The notes under the pieces were generated by a model. The model was not told where the DNA came from, ran no database searches, and saw only the letters and a list, made by a program, of their open reading frames with translations. Below, piece after piece: positions 14,301-26,778 of a stretch of DNA of 64,000 bases. Both the position numbers and the translations under genes were made by a program. Source of the DNA: Phoronis australis (taxonomy: Eukaryota; Animalia; Phoronida); contig NMRA01000039.1 of the NCBI GenBank assembly GCA_002633005.1, forward strand, positions 1,158,335 through 1,222,334, written 5' to 3'. Positions within the stretch are counted from its first letter, which is position 1; each line of letters starts with the position of its first letter.

Positions 14301-16002
14301 CTTGATGTGACTAGTCAGTTTGTGCTCTGAGCATATAGTGTCTATCAGCAGCCAACTGTGTCTTTTGTTGTGCCCAGAAATAACTTCTAAGATCTGAGTA
14401 AAGAACCATTCTAAAATAATGAGCAGATGAAATCAAAAGATTGTCTGACAGAAGACAGGTTCGTAAAAACTAGAGGTGTGTGTGTGTGCGTGCGTGCGTG
14501 CGTGTCAGTCTTTCTGTTCATTGATCTACAGTAGCCACAGTGAGTACTGTAGTACAACTGTACAGATCGCTTCCAGTAACTCTGATTATCGACACTCACT
14601 TGACCGATATGTTACATCATTATTCATTGTATCTACCTAATCTATGATGTTTGAAGCTTGCTGTCCTCTACTGTTATGAGCAGTTTAACGATTAATATTT
14701 CACGGTCCACGGCTTCTGCCATATTTAAAATGTGGGTCTTTGTTTCCTGTGTGCTCTTAAAGTTATAGATTTATGATATTTCTCAATGCAGAGGCTTATA
14801 TTCATCTTAATTGATTATTATCACATGGCAGATCCTGAGTTGGTAATCTTTTTGTTGCTTAGTTACTGTTATTTGAAAATAGGATGAATAAATAACTTGG
14901 CTTTTTGAATGATTAATGAACTTTGGGTCAGTTTTAGGTTTTCGCCACACTGTGACTGCGTAGGTACATAAACTTAAAGTTGGTGGTGAAGTTTGTTGGT
15001 GACAAAGGTGTTCTTGGTAGTATCTTACCCCGACCACTGTCTTGATATTTATTCAGCTGTATGGTGAACTCACGCTACCATTGTCAGTCACTGCAGGTGA
15101 ATTCCTATTATTGGTTTACTAACTTGGTACCTGATCTCATTGCTGCTTCTCACAAAACCATAAAATCTCACCAGTTTCGGATAAAATAATCCACAAAATT
15201 GTTCTTTCTTTATTTTTGTTAAAAACATAACTAAACTTTTTGTTTGCAAGCTTGATACTGGTACACTCGTAGTCGAGAGACAGTTTCCTTTCTTCAGGTT
15301 TGCAGCTATGTAGTTAAACAGAGTAAAACACCGAGAGACATAAAAAACAAACAAATTAAAACACTAGCTATATTTCCAGCCAGCGTGCGATACACACCTG
15401 TGAGCTGCTCATTCAACATTGGTTTTTAGTGACTGATCAATAGCGATTCCAAAATCTTTAGCCGAAATGTGTCATTTTCAACATAGCAAATGATGGTATT
15501 GTCTGCTATTTCTTTTCTATCTATTTTTCGGCCATGTTGGTGAACAAAATGATCTTGAATGGACCTCCCCCTCAAGTGCATGGGCAATCGTCACTTTATT
15601 TTTCAAGGACTTTTTCTTGCAATGTCGCCGTTTTTGAAAAAGAATTCCTCGAAGATTTCATGTCCTCTCTCATTAGAATTAGCATATTCTTCATTCGTAT
15701 GGAAGTCTACTGCATGATGCCATGTCGGCAGTGATTGGGGACCCAGTTTTGCTCATAAAAATGAAAATGTGTGTACGCGTTGGATTGCCTGTCAAAATTG
15801 GATTACCCAATGACTATGACTTCTATCACTAGTATCAACCAGAGAGAATAAATTAAAAGTTAATGTGATCCTCTCTGTGTTTTCGGCTTGAGTACCGTAT
15901 CATTTGGGCCAGTAAACATGTAACAAGTATACACAAAATGACAAAGATTGATTTTGGGTTTGGTGGTTGCAAACTAGAAAATACTACTGTGTCTTAAAAG
16001 TA

Positions 16003-16158
16003 GTGTATGGTACCGCTAGCTAGTTACAGTGTATGGTACCGCTAGCTAGTTACAGTGTATGGTACCGCTAGCTAGTTACAGTGTATGGTACCGCTAGCTA
16101 GTTACAGTGTATGGTACCGCTAGCTAGTTACAGTGTATGGTACCGCTAGCTAGTTACA
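16003..16158. repeat. 26-bp perfect minisatellite x6 (GTGTATGGTACCGCTAGCTAGTTACA)
   Basis: Six identical head-to-tail units with no spacers. Confidence 0.97.
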
Positions 16159-18256
16159 TTGATCCCTGTTGACAACACCATATTCGTCATTTACTGTTAG
16201 ATAACAGAAACTGTATGTCAGGTGATGTTCTGAAATGGTTATTTGTGTGCGAGTCCTTAGGAATATGTTGTTGCCGCTGATGCTGACATTTAGTGTTCCT
16301 GCTCTTCAATTCCCCAGTTCTTGGGCGAGTTCGCCTCTGGGGATCTGCTGAATGCCGTGTTTCAATGCTAATTGAATGTTAAGCGTTCATTATTCCAGTT
16401 TACACTCAAGTTCACCTTGAGAGAACCGTTGCTGTGTTTTTTACTGTTGCTGATATTTAAGATTCATGAATGTATCTGCTCTACCTTTGTGTTTAGAGTT
16501 GAGCTTAAGAGCACCGTTGAATACAGCTGTTCCTACTAGTGCTAATGCTCTCTGCCATTGACTTTTGCTGGTGGTAATTCCACTGGGAACTAGGTCAGAT
16601 CTTGCTTTCAATGTCTCTTTGAATCCAGTGTGCAGCTCACTGTCTATTGATCCGCAGTGACTATTGCGCTGCTAGCTCCTTGCATAAATAGTGAGAGATG
16701 TACGTGTGTTCCTCTACTGTCTGATGCCTGTGCTAGACCGTGGCAGACTCCTATTGTTGTCGTCGTCGTGGTAATTGTCGAGGATCGTGCCATACTATTT
16801 AGACTGTGGTCACGAGTGCGGCTTCTGTAATAACCAGCTATGAGAAAGCAGTGATGTTGACAAGTTGCGTGTAGAAGACAGGAGAGAGAGTTTAATTTGC
16901 CAAAAGTCCTAAGGAGCTGTATAGAGTGGGCAATTCATTATCAGTGGTAACAGTGATGGCTGTATATTGAGCAGAGTGACAGATGTACCAACTGGCAGGG
17001 TCAAGTGGAGATCACCTGGCCTCACTCAGATGAATGTGTGTTAATTTACACAAATTGCCTTTTCTACCAGAGGCATTTCAACAAGCATCAACTGGCACTC
17101 TTTCTCTCACCAACCTTCTAACAGCTGCCTTGGAGTAGCACAGGAGTTGCAGAAGTGTAATTTAGTGTTAATGTAAAACAGGCTTCCATGGTTGCAGTTG
17201 CTTTACTGTCTGCGGCAGCTAGTGCGAGATTACGTGTTGTTATCTGAGCGGGCTTTTTATGCCTGGGGATGGCCAGCTCGAGCTTTTTCCAAGAAGACAT
17301 CTGTCTAGTAGTAATTTCATCCCGGCTTGGTTCAGCGTTGTCCTTCTCTGTTTTCCTTGATAGTTGATGCAGAAACTTTGCTGTATTGAAACTCCGTCTT
17401 CCAAAGTTTGGGTGTGATATCAACTTTGTCTGAGTTAACGCAGTAACTCTGGGTGAAGGATGTACCTCTAAGTTGTCTATGTCTGCAGGGAAGAAAACAA
17501 CAGTCTTGACTGGATCTGCTGAAAGAGTCTGTTTTTATGCATATCTTTGTATTACATTTTTGCCCTTGCGTGATTGTCTTCAGTAAGAATTAGCCTTATT
17601 GTGTGTGTTCTGGTATTCGCTGAATGCTTGAGCACCCTGACTTGATTCCACTTGGAGCAATTAGTGATTGACTGTAGGGTAGTCTGGAGTGGTCTGTTAT
17701 CAGCAGTTGGGAGTTCATAACAGGGCATTCACACTCACACTCACACACCTCTCCATTGGTGTAGGCCTCTTCGTTGCAGTGACTTATAGCTCATTGCTCT
17801 CGAACAATGTCTTTTGAACCATTGACGCAGTTTTAAATATCTGCCTTGCTTCCGATCTGAGATCAGCTGGCTCTCCCCCATTACCTTGATTGAGATCGGT
17901 TGGCCAGGATATATCAATGCTATTGGATTCTGATGGTGCTAGTAGATGAAGACTTGGCTGTTTGCATTGAACTATTTCTGCATGGAAGACATTGCACTCG
18001 AGTACCATACCTTAATGGTCTGATCAGAATTCTTTTTCCTTGAGTTTTGTACAAAGACAACTGTTGTTCATAAGGAACTGTGAAATACGAAGACATCCTT
18101 ACTGTGGCTGAATGTCTTTGAGACAGTGAAATTTTAACATTTTTGTCACGTCTCACGGTGTGGTTGAATACATTTGCTCTACGAACGTTAGTCTACGTTG
18201 ACTAAGCCAGCGGTCTTCCAGAAAGTTGCCTCTGCTCCACCCGTGGCCCCGCACTG

Positions 18257-18340
18257 ATGCAGTACGGTAGAATGGTGTCGTCCGCCAACAGATCTCCGTC
18301 CCAAGTGCGTCTGTTCAGCAGTGGTTCTTCATATTCCCTG
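18257..18340 (+). CDS. CACNB: Candidate alternative first coding exon (MQYGRMVSSANRSPSQVRLFSSGSSYSL)
   Basis: ATG after an in-frame TAA (18203), GC-rich, strong CTG|gtatgt donor, 84 nt, phase 0 and in frame with exon A. Confidence 0.4.
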
Positions 18341-19482
18341 GTATGTATACCTGCCAGAAGGCTCTGCCCTGTCACACGTTCATAGTTTCACCTGTCAGAG
18401 CAAGCCTGTTTAACAGGCCCAGCTTACACTGGTTTGCTAATGGATAGGGTAACTCTATAGTAAAAGTTGCATAAGTCAGAGGATCTAGCAGCACCACAAG
18501 ATTCATGCAAAGAAAAATCTGACTAACAGAAAGGTCTGAGTGCACGAACTAGAACAATCGTAGCGTAGAAGTACATCCAACTTTGCATGTTTTGCTGCTT
18601 GTTAAAAATGAAAAACGTGTGATGTAATGTAAGCGACTTGATGCGTGGATTTTGGTTCCATATGCCCATCCTGAGGAGTGGTCCACCGGGTTCGGACTCC
18701 CTTTTTTAGCCAAAGCTTCAAACAAAGACCACAGTATTGATGATTTCTGTTTTCATTTCTATATTCCGCCGGGCACAGAGATCACAACACTAACTGTCAT
18801 TACCACTTTTCTTCTCATTGTTTATGATATAGAGTTCTCTTCAGAAACCTGTCGTTTTTCTTGGACCTCATCAAGATATGTTCTGCGTTGTCTGTAGCCT
18901 TTCATGTATTGGGCGTCATGTACCTGTCCAAAGTCACGCTACAGCCCTAGGTGAAGGCATTCAGGTGTGTTGTTGGCAATTGCCACAGGGGACAGGATTC
19001 TTCCCTTAATGTTTCGGGGCTCAGTCATGAAATTTTGTAGAACTGAGCTTCAAATGTGGAATGTAGGTTTTTGGTTGATGGTAAGCTGCCTAGTGGATAA
19101 TTAGTGATTTATTAATTCATAGATGTTGATTGGTTGATTCCTGGATTGATTGGTTTGTTGGGTTTTTGATGAATTGGTTGCACTAGAGTCTTGACCTGTC
19201 CGTTTTGGAATCTCGAAACTTCTCTCTAGCCTTGGATGTTTGATTGTTGCCTTGACATGATGGCATTATTGAATAGTTGTAGCACGTCTGTTGCATTATG
19301 AGATGGTTGTTGTTAAGTGTGCACCCAGCCCACTTATCTCTAGCTGCAACTTATTTCCGTGTTCCTGACTTGCTTGTATTGGTGGCTTTAGCATTACTAC
19401 GGTATAACTAATTAATAGATTCTGAAGTGCCGACATACCATTGATTTTGCTTAAAGTGGGGAAATTCAAGGTTTTTATTGTG

Positions 19483-19713
19483 TACAGTAAAATCTCACTA
19501 ATTAAGATCGCAATATGCCTTGCAAGTTATATTTCATTCTCTTTTTTTTTCATGCAAGTGCCAACAAATCGAGTAATAATCTATTTTCAATTTCCGCACC
19601 ATAGCCTCCATAGTATTTTGAAAAGTTGTGGACATTCCAAGAAATGTTACGAGGCTGTGAAAAATGGGAAATGGGCAAGTGTGCCGATTATTTTGTGGTG
19701 AGATTTCACCCTA
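19483..19713. mobile_element. MITE family A copy (~230-250 bp, TIR ~CAGTAAAATCTCACCAATTT, TA-flanked, Tc1/mariner-like ends)
   Basis: ta-cagtaaaatctcactaatt ... ggtgagatttcaccc-ta; interior similar to the other copies. Confidence 0.7.
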
Positions 19714-22700
19714 GCATTCTATTGGAGGAAGTTTTCAGTTAAGAAGGCATTTTGTTAGCTCCAGACACTTCTGTATATTACAGCATTCAGCCTGCCTTCC
19801 AACAATCAGTAGCTGTTATGTGCACATTTTCTGGCCACTTGACATTGTAATTATATCCTGTACATACCAATTTAGGTATTCAGACATTTATTGCCTGTAG
19901 AAGAGCTGTGTGACTCAGCTCTGCCAACCCTGTGGACAGGCAGCAGCCAAATGGCATCACTAATGAATTTACTTTTTGCACAGTCAACACCTAGGGTTTA
20001 ACAGATGGGCAAACATCTTGAACAGCAGCAAATTGAACAAATTTTTGTTGGTAAATCAGCCGAGTTTGTAGCATCGTTTTGTATAAGTTTTGTGTGACAG
20101 ATTTTTTAATTTTCTGCTTCTAAGTGAATGGCCTATATCTTTCCTGACCCTCCTATTACCTGCTCTCTCTCCCTACCTCGTCTCATTTCATGTGAAGTAA
20201 CATTTCCCAGTACCACTATATATAGGTAAATAAAACAACAAGAATATATATATATATTTATGTATATATTCTACATTTCGTGAAACAATCGTATCCTTAA
20301 GAGGATCTGGATCGCCTTATTTAGTTTCAGATTTATTTTCTACGTTATCCAGTACCACTGAAATGTGAGTACTGATTTACCCATAGTGCTTAATTTTTCA
20401 TCCTAACTTTCACCAGAGTACCATGTACCATGTACAGCCTAAATTATTACTGTGTTTGATGTTCCAGTTGCAACAAATTTTACCACTATGCTATGTGTTG
20501 TGCTGCTGTAAGGAAATTGGGCACGAGTTTGGCGCAAATCTGGGGAAATGTGGTGTTTCTTTTTGTTTCGGTATCTTTCTGTCCATAATTCAAATTGCTA
20601 GACACTTTGAAGTGGAGGGCAGCTGTATGTTAACAGCTTTCCTACCTGTACAGTAAAAGGATTGATGCAATTTGACCATGGTTTCTCTAATGTGCAAAGA
20701 GGGAGGGGTCACTGTTATTCAGCTATGGATTGTTATATGTATTTATATAAATTCCTAACCATTATCATAAAATGCCCCGTCAACAGTTTACCTATGAAAG
20801 CACCTGCTGACTGGAATTTGCGTCAGCGTTCTTGTTCATGCAGCTGACATCATAAAACTTGAATCCATTATTATCTACACATGTGTGCAAATCAATGATC
20901 ATCGCACAGAAGCTGGCTTGTGTTGCGTTCTTGAGTTTCGTGCCCTGGCTTGGACTAATGATTCACATGAGCAAACAAGATGAGCCGTGACTAATAAATC
21001 ATGTAAAAACAGATGCAGGATTATTGAGCAATTCAACACTGAAGTCACACCCATGACCGCGTCCTCTGGGAGTCTTTCTCATCTCTGCTCATACCCCTGA
21101 GGCTATCGCGTCATCACCGCCGTCTTCTGGCGTGCTATCGATGTAAGTGTGACGATGCCTCCAACTCTTGAAACTTACCAATCCCATGCAAGCTAGTTTG
21201 TATGAGGCTCACGACCCATTGAAGTTGCGTGATATTGCGAACTAACTTTTTCTGGGAAATTAGATGATTGTGTGGGCGGGTGAGTTGGGTGGGTTGAAGT
21301 GACTTGGTTAACGTTATTATTCAGTACCCTGTAAAAAAGTCATTTATGAAATTGGGACAGAAAATGCCCACAAGAGATATTAAAAGACAAAAATATAGTC
21401 ATTTGTGGCCTGTTTAAGTCAGATGACCTATTCACTTTTAATCTTTAGAACTAATTAGTCCCTTCAGCATTCAGTTTTAGCACACAAGCAAAATATTAGT
21501 CAACAATTCACTACCTTTACACTTGATGGCGCTGCAAAAGATAGATGTTGTGCATTGTTGTTTAGGACGCAATGGCTCGTTTTGGCATCAATTTTACAGA
21601 CGCTGACGTGAAACTGTGTGTTCCAAATATTTAGAACCATTGTAGTTTGGACACAACACCTTGTTTTCAAACATAATGGTGAATTCCTGCAGGTGGTGAA
21701 TGCCTGGAGTTGTTTTCATACATATTCTTTTTGTACCTTCGTTCTTAAATTATAAAAAGCTTCTGGCTTCTTGGTTTTGCGTCAGCCGTGAAGAATGTGA
21801 ACGTCCTGTCTTGACTAGTGGTATCTTGTATTGCTCTGACATTTTCGTAATTCTTTACCAATTCTAACACAATATGGTGGACAAGTGAAATTTTATTTGT
21901 CAATTTTTTTAACAAAACTAGACTGTTGAATCAGTCTGGTGTTAGCTTGGTCTGTAGCTTTGTGTTAGCTTGGTCTGTAGCGTGCAGATGTTATAAGGCA
22001 ACGTTGAGTAGTTTCTAATATTTGCATCAAAGAAACCGGCTTTTGAAAAATTGAAAAATGACAATTGTGGCAATTATCTTTTGTGAGAAATTGAGAAGAA
22101 TTGCCATAGGTATTTTGAAATGGAAATGTTGACTTAACTTCTCTGTTAAAAGATGGTAGAATGGCTGGATACGGAAAGATTGCATGATGATAATTTGCTG
22201 GCAGAAGACAATTTCAAGCAGAAGGTTCTCAAATCTCTGGTATTATTTCAACAGTGCACCACATGCCATTGGCACATAAAAATTTATAATGAGGCACTGT
22301 GATTGCTGAGATCACTGGCGCATTAAACTCCTGTTGCCATTCATTTCACGGTGTATGCTGTCTCGCTACTGCAGTCAATACATTTAAAATGCGACACTAG
22401 TTGCTGGTTCATAGTCTTTCTAAATTGACTCGTAAACTCAAGTCCTGAAGGTCAGTTGACCCATGATCACAGTTTTTCTAACATTTCTGAGAAATTTAGG
22501 GCAGTTAGTTTTGTTGATTGTGGCTTGTCTCTGTTCTAAATGTTTATGGATGGCTTGACAAATTGAATTAGTCCATAGCTGTTTGTTCTGTGTTACCATG
22601 GAATCTGGAGTAGTGCTCTGCATCTTTTCTTGGATCCCACACAGTTGTTCTCAGGAATCACCATTAATCATTGTCCCAGAAGAGCACAATTCCACCAGCC

Positions 22701-23441
22701 ATTTATCCAAGATAATGAAGATAGCATAGAGTCCCACACAAGACATTTTCCAGTGGTCTTTCTTCTCTCTGTTGGTGGTATTGCTGTTGAATTTTTATTC
22801 CCCTGCTGTATTTGGAATGGGCAAATTCTAGATTGACAGTGTTACCCGTGAATTATAATTATATTCCCATGGTATCATCAGCGGTGCTGTTGCCCTCAAG
22901 TTTGCAAAGTGGGACATGCATGTTCCGTGTCGCCAGTGCCCGCCAGTGCCCGCCCGTGTTTGGTCCAGGTTACATGGACTATTTGACATTTGTTTACTTG
23001 ATCACTTACCGTATTCCCATGACAGGTCTACAGTCAAGTCTCAAGGATTTCATCATTTGCAATCATGCAGAAGTGTGATTCTACATTAGTTGTCCCCTTC
23101 ATTACTAGAAAAAATGGCGTGTAGTCAAATTTATGTTCAATTTGTTAGACCAGTCGTGTCTACAGCTTTTTGTCTCCTGATGGTGAACCTACTACAGTTG
23201 CACTCTTCGTTGATTTGTTAGTAATTAATCTTTTTATGTGCCAAATTGAAGTGTGTGCTGGCGATGTACTTGTACTTGTACTTAAAGAAGCATGTATTGC
23301 TGAGTTTTAGTCCATCGCATTTGTTGATTGTTGAAGCCTGAGTAATTATGGCTAATATGGTCTTTAAGACACAGGGCAGTTTACTGGAATTTTATTTAGA
23401 TCTGCCTACTCTGACTAAGAAAATATTGACCTAATGATGTC

Positions 23442-23673
23442 TACAGTAAAATCTCAGCAATTTAGGATGCAGTATGGCAGACAAGTGAAATTTATGTTTT
23501 GCTACTATAACTATAAGCACCAAGTTGTTGCTTTTCCATGTTCAAGTTCTGTTACCACAGCTACCGCCATACAATGGTTTGATAAATTTTTACATTCACA
23601 AAAGCGTTAGAATCCCTTGAAAAGGGCAATTTTGATAGTTAATTTTGTACGAAGTTGGTGAGATTCTATCGTG
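23442..23673. mobile_element. MITE family A copy
   Basis: tacagtaaaatctcagcaattt ... gacaagtgaaattt ... aagttggtgagattctatcg. Confidence 0.75.
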
Positions 23674-25217
23674 GCGAAAATTTCCTTGCCAAGTAATTGT
23701 GGGATGTGGGATGTCGGACTTTGTTTCGGTTTGTCAAGATTCATTCATTGGAAATTTAATTTATTCTAAAAATGACTGTGTCCAAATGTTAGCCCTTCTG
23801 GTGAGTCTTGGTTTAACTGCTGTTCTATTATCATTGCTTCGTTGGTGAAGGTGAGCTGGAGCCCATTGATTAGGCAGGTTCTGTAAGAAGGCTGTCTGTG
23901 TGTATTACACATAGCCTGCTTATAAACTGGCTTGATATTGGTTTGAACAGCACAGTCACTTATACTCAGATCCCCTCAGCAATGAATTATTCAGCAACCA
24001 CCATCTTCAATAATGCCACATCCAGACATCAGGCTTCCTGAACGACTCGGCTGTCACACTCACGTAGCTCCTCAATTCTAAACATGGTTCAAGGACAAGA
24101 TAAACACATGCACTCGTGCGGGCACTCGTGAAAACGGCTCACAAGCTGCCTGATGTGGTGCCGGACTCACGAGACGCAGTTTGTATTCGCAAAATCTCGT
24201 GCTTGTGAGCGAGAGCTGTGTTTATGAGTGAAGAATTGTGTTTTTAGTGCAGCTGCTGTGTTGTTCAAGTAGCCTTAACTTGGCGAATTGGTCGATTGTT
24301 TCGTGTAGGGCAAACTGTCGTCATAGGCAGTGCGGCTTTTTGCGTTCATGCAATACACACACACATCAGTACAGCGTATCTGTAGGTACCTCATGGTGAT
24401 GATATTTGATATTATATTAACATGGTTGTTTCGAAGTGCGTGGGCTCACACTGGAGGGAGTCAAATTCACATTAAGCACTGCTTGTTTACTACTTGTTTG
24501 TATTTGGTAATGGTTTATTAATCAATTGTTTAGTGAATGAAGACAAAACAATGGTTGCGTGTACCAGGGTCACTGCACGGTTGTCACCTATCGTGGACTC
24601 ATTTGCCACCACACTGCTGCGTTTCAGTTTTCAGTTTTGATAAACGTTTATGGTAAAATCTCGCCAAATTAGGATACTGGTTTACCGAGATGTGAAATTT
24701 CGCTTTTATTTTTTTTCCTTAATTATAAGTAATACCAGATAATTTAAGATCTATGCCTTAGCTTCCACTGGGTTCCTTTTCAGAAATTATGGGCATTCAG
24801 AACAACACAAGCAGCCCTTTAATTTTAGCAATTATATTTTGTCTGAAATTGGTGAGATCTCAAGTGTTTCAGTTGACCAAGCTGCCTTAGTGGGGCTCCT
24901 CTTTTTTAACAAATGTTATAGTAATCCACGCGTTACAGCTGTTCAAAATTGTCCCAATCTTGGCAAGTTGGTATAGACAAGTATTAATATTAAGCAAGAT
25001 ATGAATTATTTACACCGATATAAGAGTATAGCCAATGCCGATGTTTCAAAATTGGAAAATTTGAAATTTCAAATTAATGAATCAACAGCTGAAAAATTGT
25101 TTGTCGTTGAATATTGATAAAAGCTTCCAGTACAGTGATGGATGGGAATAGTGATAGAACCCTGCCCTGTAGGTGGCAGTACAGTAGGCTTGAGGAAGCC
25201 ACCAGGAGTTACGTCAT

Positions 25218-26502
25218 TTCCCATTCATTTTTTAGAATAGAACTGCTTGAATAGGACATCATACATAATGGTTATGTGGGGAGGGGAGGTTGTAATTTTA
25301 TTTTGTTGATAGTCTAGGACAGTACGTGCACCTTAGTAGCTATTCACAATACAGTGATTCACCCCTGATGTGCACCTAACGGTCACATTTTGTGACGCGT
25401 TTATTTGGTAGTTGCTTACAACCGCCCCCAGTAAGACAGGCTATTGGGATTTCAGGCTCGAAACTACAGTAGATATTGCATCAGGTGGATACGAAACTAC
25501 ATTAGATATTGCATCAGGTGGATACGAAACTACAGTAGATATTGCATCAGGTGGATACGAAACTACAGTAGATATTGCATCAGGTGGATACGAAACTCGT
25601 GACTGAATGGAGCTTCTCACAACCCCCAACCCGGTTGTTACCAATTCCCCCTTCTCTCCTACTAGTCTCACTATTCTCAATGATTTACTGAGTATCGGCT
25701 TGCGCAAAGGTGATGGCAAAAACACCAGTCTGGCTTTGATCCTCTTCTTTAGACAAGTTAAATACCTGGTACTTGTTAGTTCAACAGTGTTTGTGCTGTG
25801 ACATGTGTAATGCACCGAGTTACTTTGTGGTATGTAGTAATGATGTTGGAATGATTTGGNTTCCCATTCATTTTTTAGAATAGAACTGCTTGAATAGGAC
25901 ATCATACATAATGGTTATGTGGGGAGGGGAGGTTGGAATTTTATTTTGTTGATAGTCTAGGACAGTACGTGCACCTTAGTAGCTATTCACAATGCAGTGA
26001 TTCACCCCTGATGTGCACCTAACGGTCACATTTTGTGACGCGTTTATTTGGTAGTTGCTTACAACCGCCCCCAGTAAGACAGGCTATTGGGATTTCAGGC
26101 TCGAAACTACAGTAGATATTGCATCAGGAGGATACGAAACTACAGTAGATATTGCATCAGGTGGATACGAAACTACAGTAGATATTGCATCAGGTGGATA
26201 CGAAACTACAGTAGATATTGCATCAGGTGGATACGAAACTCGTGACTGAATGGAGCTTCTCACAACCCCCAACCCGGTTGTTACCAATTCCCCCTTCTCT
26301 CCTACTAGTCTCACTATTCTCAATGATTTACTGAGTATCGGCTTGCGCAAAGGTGATGGCAAAAACACCAGTCTGGCTTTGATCCTCTTCTTTAGACAAG
26401 TTAAATACCTGGTACTTGTTAGTTCAACAGTGTTTGTGCTGTGACATGTGTAATGCACCGAGTTACTTTGTGGTATGTAGTAATGATGTTGGAATGATTT
26501 GG
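25218..26502. other. 642-bp direct duplication on either side of N at 25860; probable haplotype-overlap assembly artefact
   Basis: 25218-25859 equals 25861-26502 except for 4 substitutions seen; the junction is exactly at an N. Confidence 0.85.
25459..25597. repeat. 33-bp minisatellite x4.2 (CGAAACTACAGTAGATATTGCATCAGGTGGATA); second copy at 26102-26240
   Basis: Direct inspection; it produces the spurious ETTVDIASGGY repeat ORFs. Confidence 0.95.
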
Positions 26503-26733
26503 CTACATCAAAGTTTGCTATCTGTCTGGTTTCCATGTTGAAAATGAACGGTTGGGTTTAAGTCAACAATAAGATCTACACCTGAAGTGGGCAGGTGATT
26601 CTGTTCTGTTAAAAGCGTCATCACATTTCTCTCGGTCTCCTAGCCTTGTGGTGAACTATACTGGTCTGAAAACACGTTTCCATTACCTGAGACGGGTAAA
26701 AATCAATAGCACACTGACATTGGCGAAGCTCGC

Positions 26734-26736
<3 letters not shown>

Positions 26737-26775
<39 letters not shown>
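26737..26775. repeat. (TGTC)n microsatellite
   Basis: Direct inspection. Confidence 0.95.

Positions 26776-26778
<3 letters not shown>

Noticed and set aside
25412-26536. Repeat-peptide ORFs (ETTVDIASGGY / VSYPPDAISTV) as a duplicated small gene
   Set aside because: They arise from a 33-bp minisatellite within a probable assembly duplication; I saw no splice or homology support.
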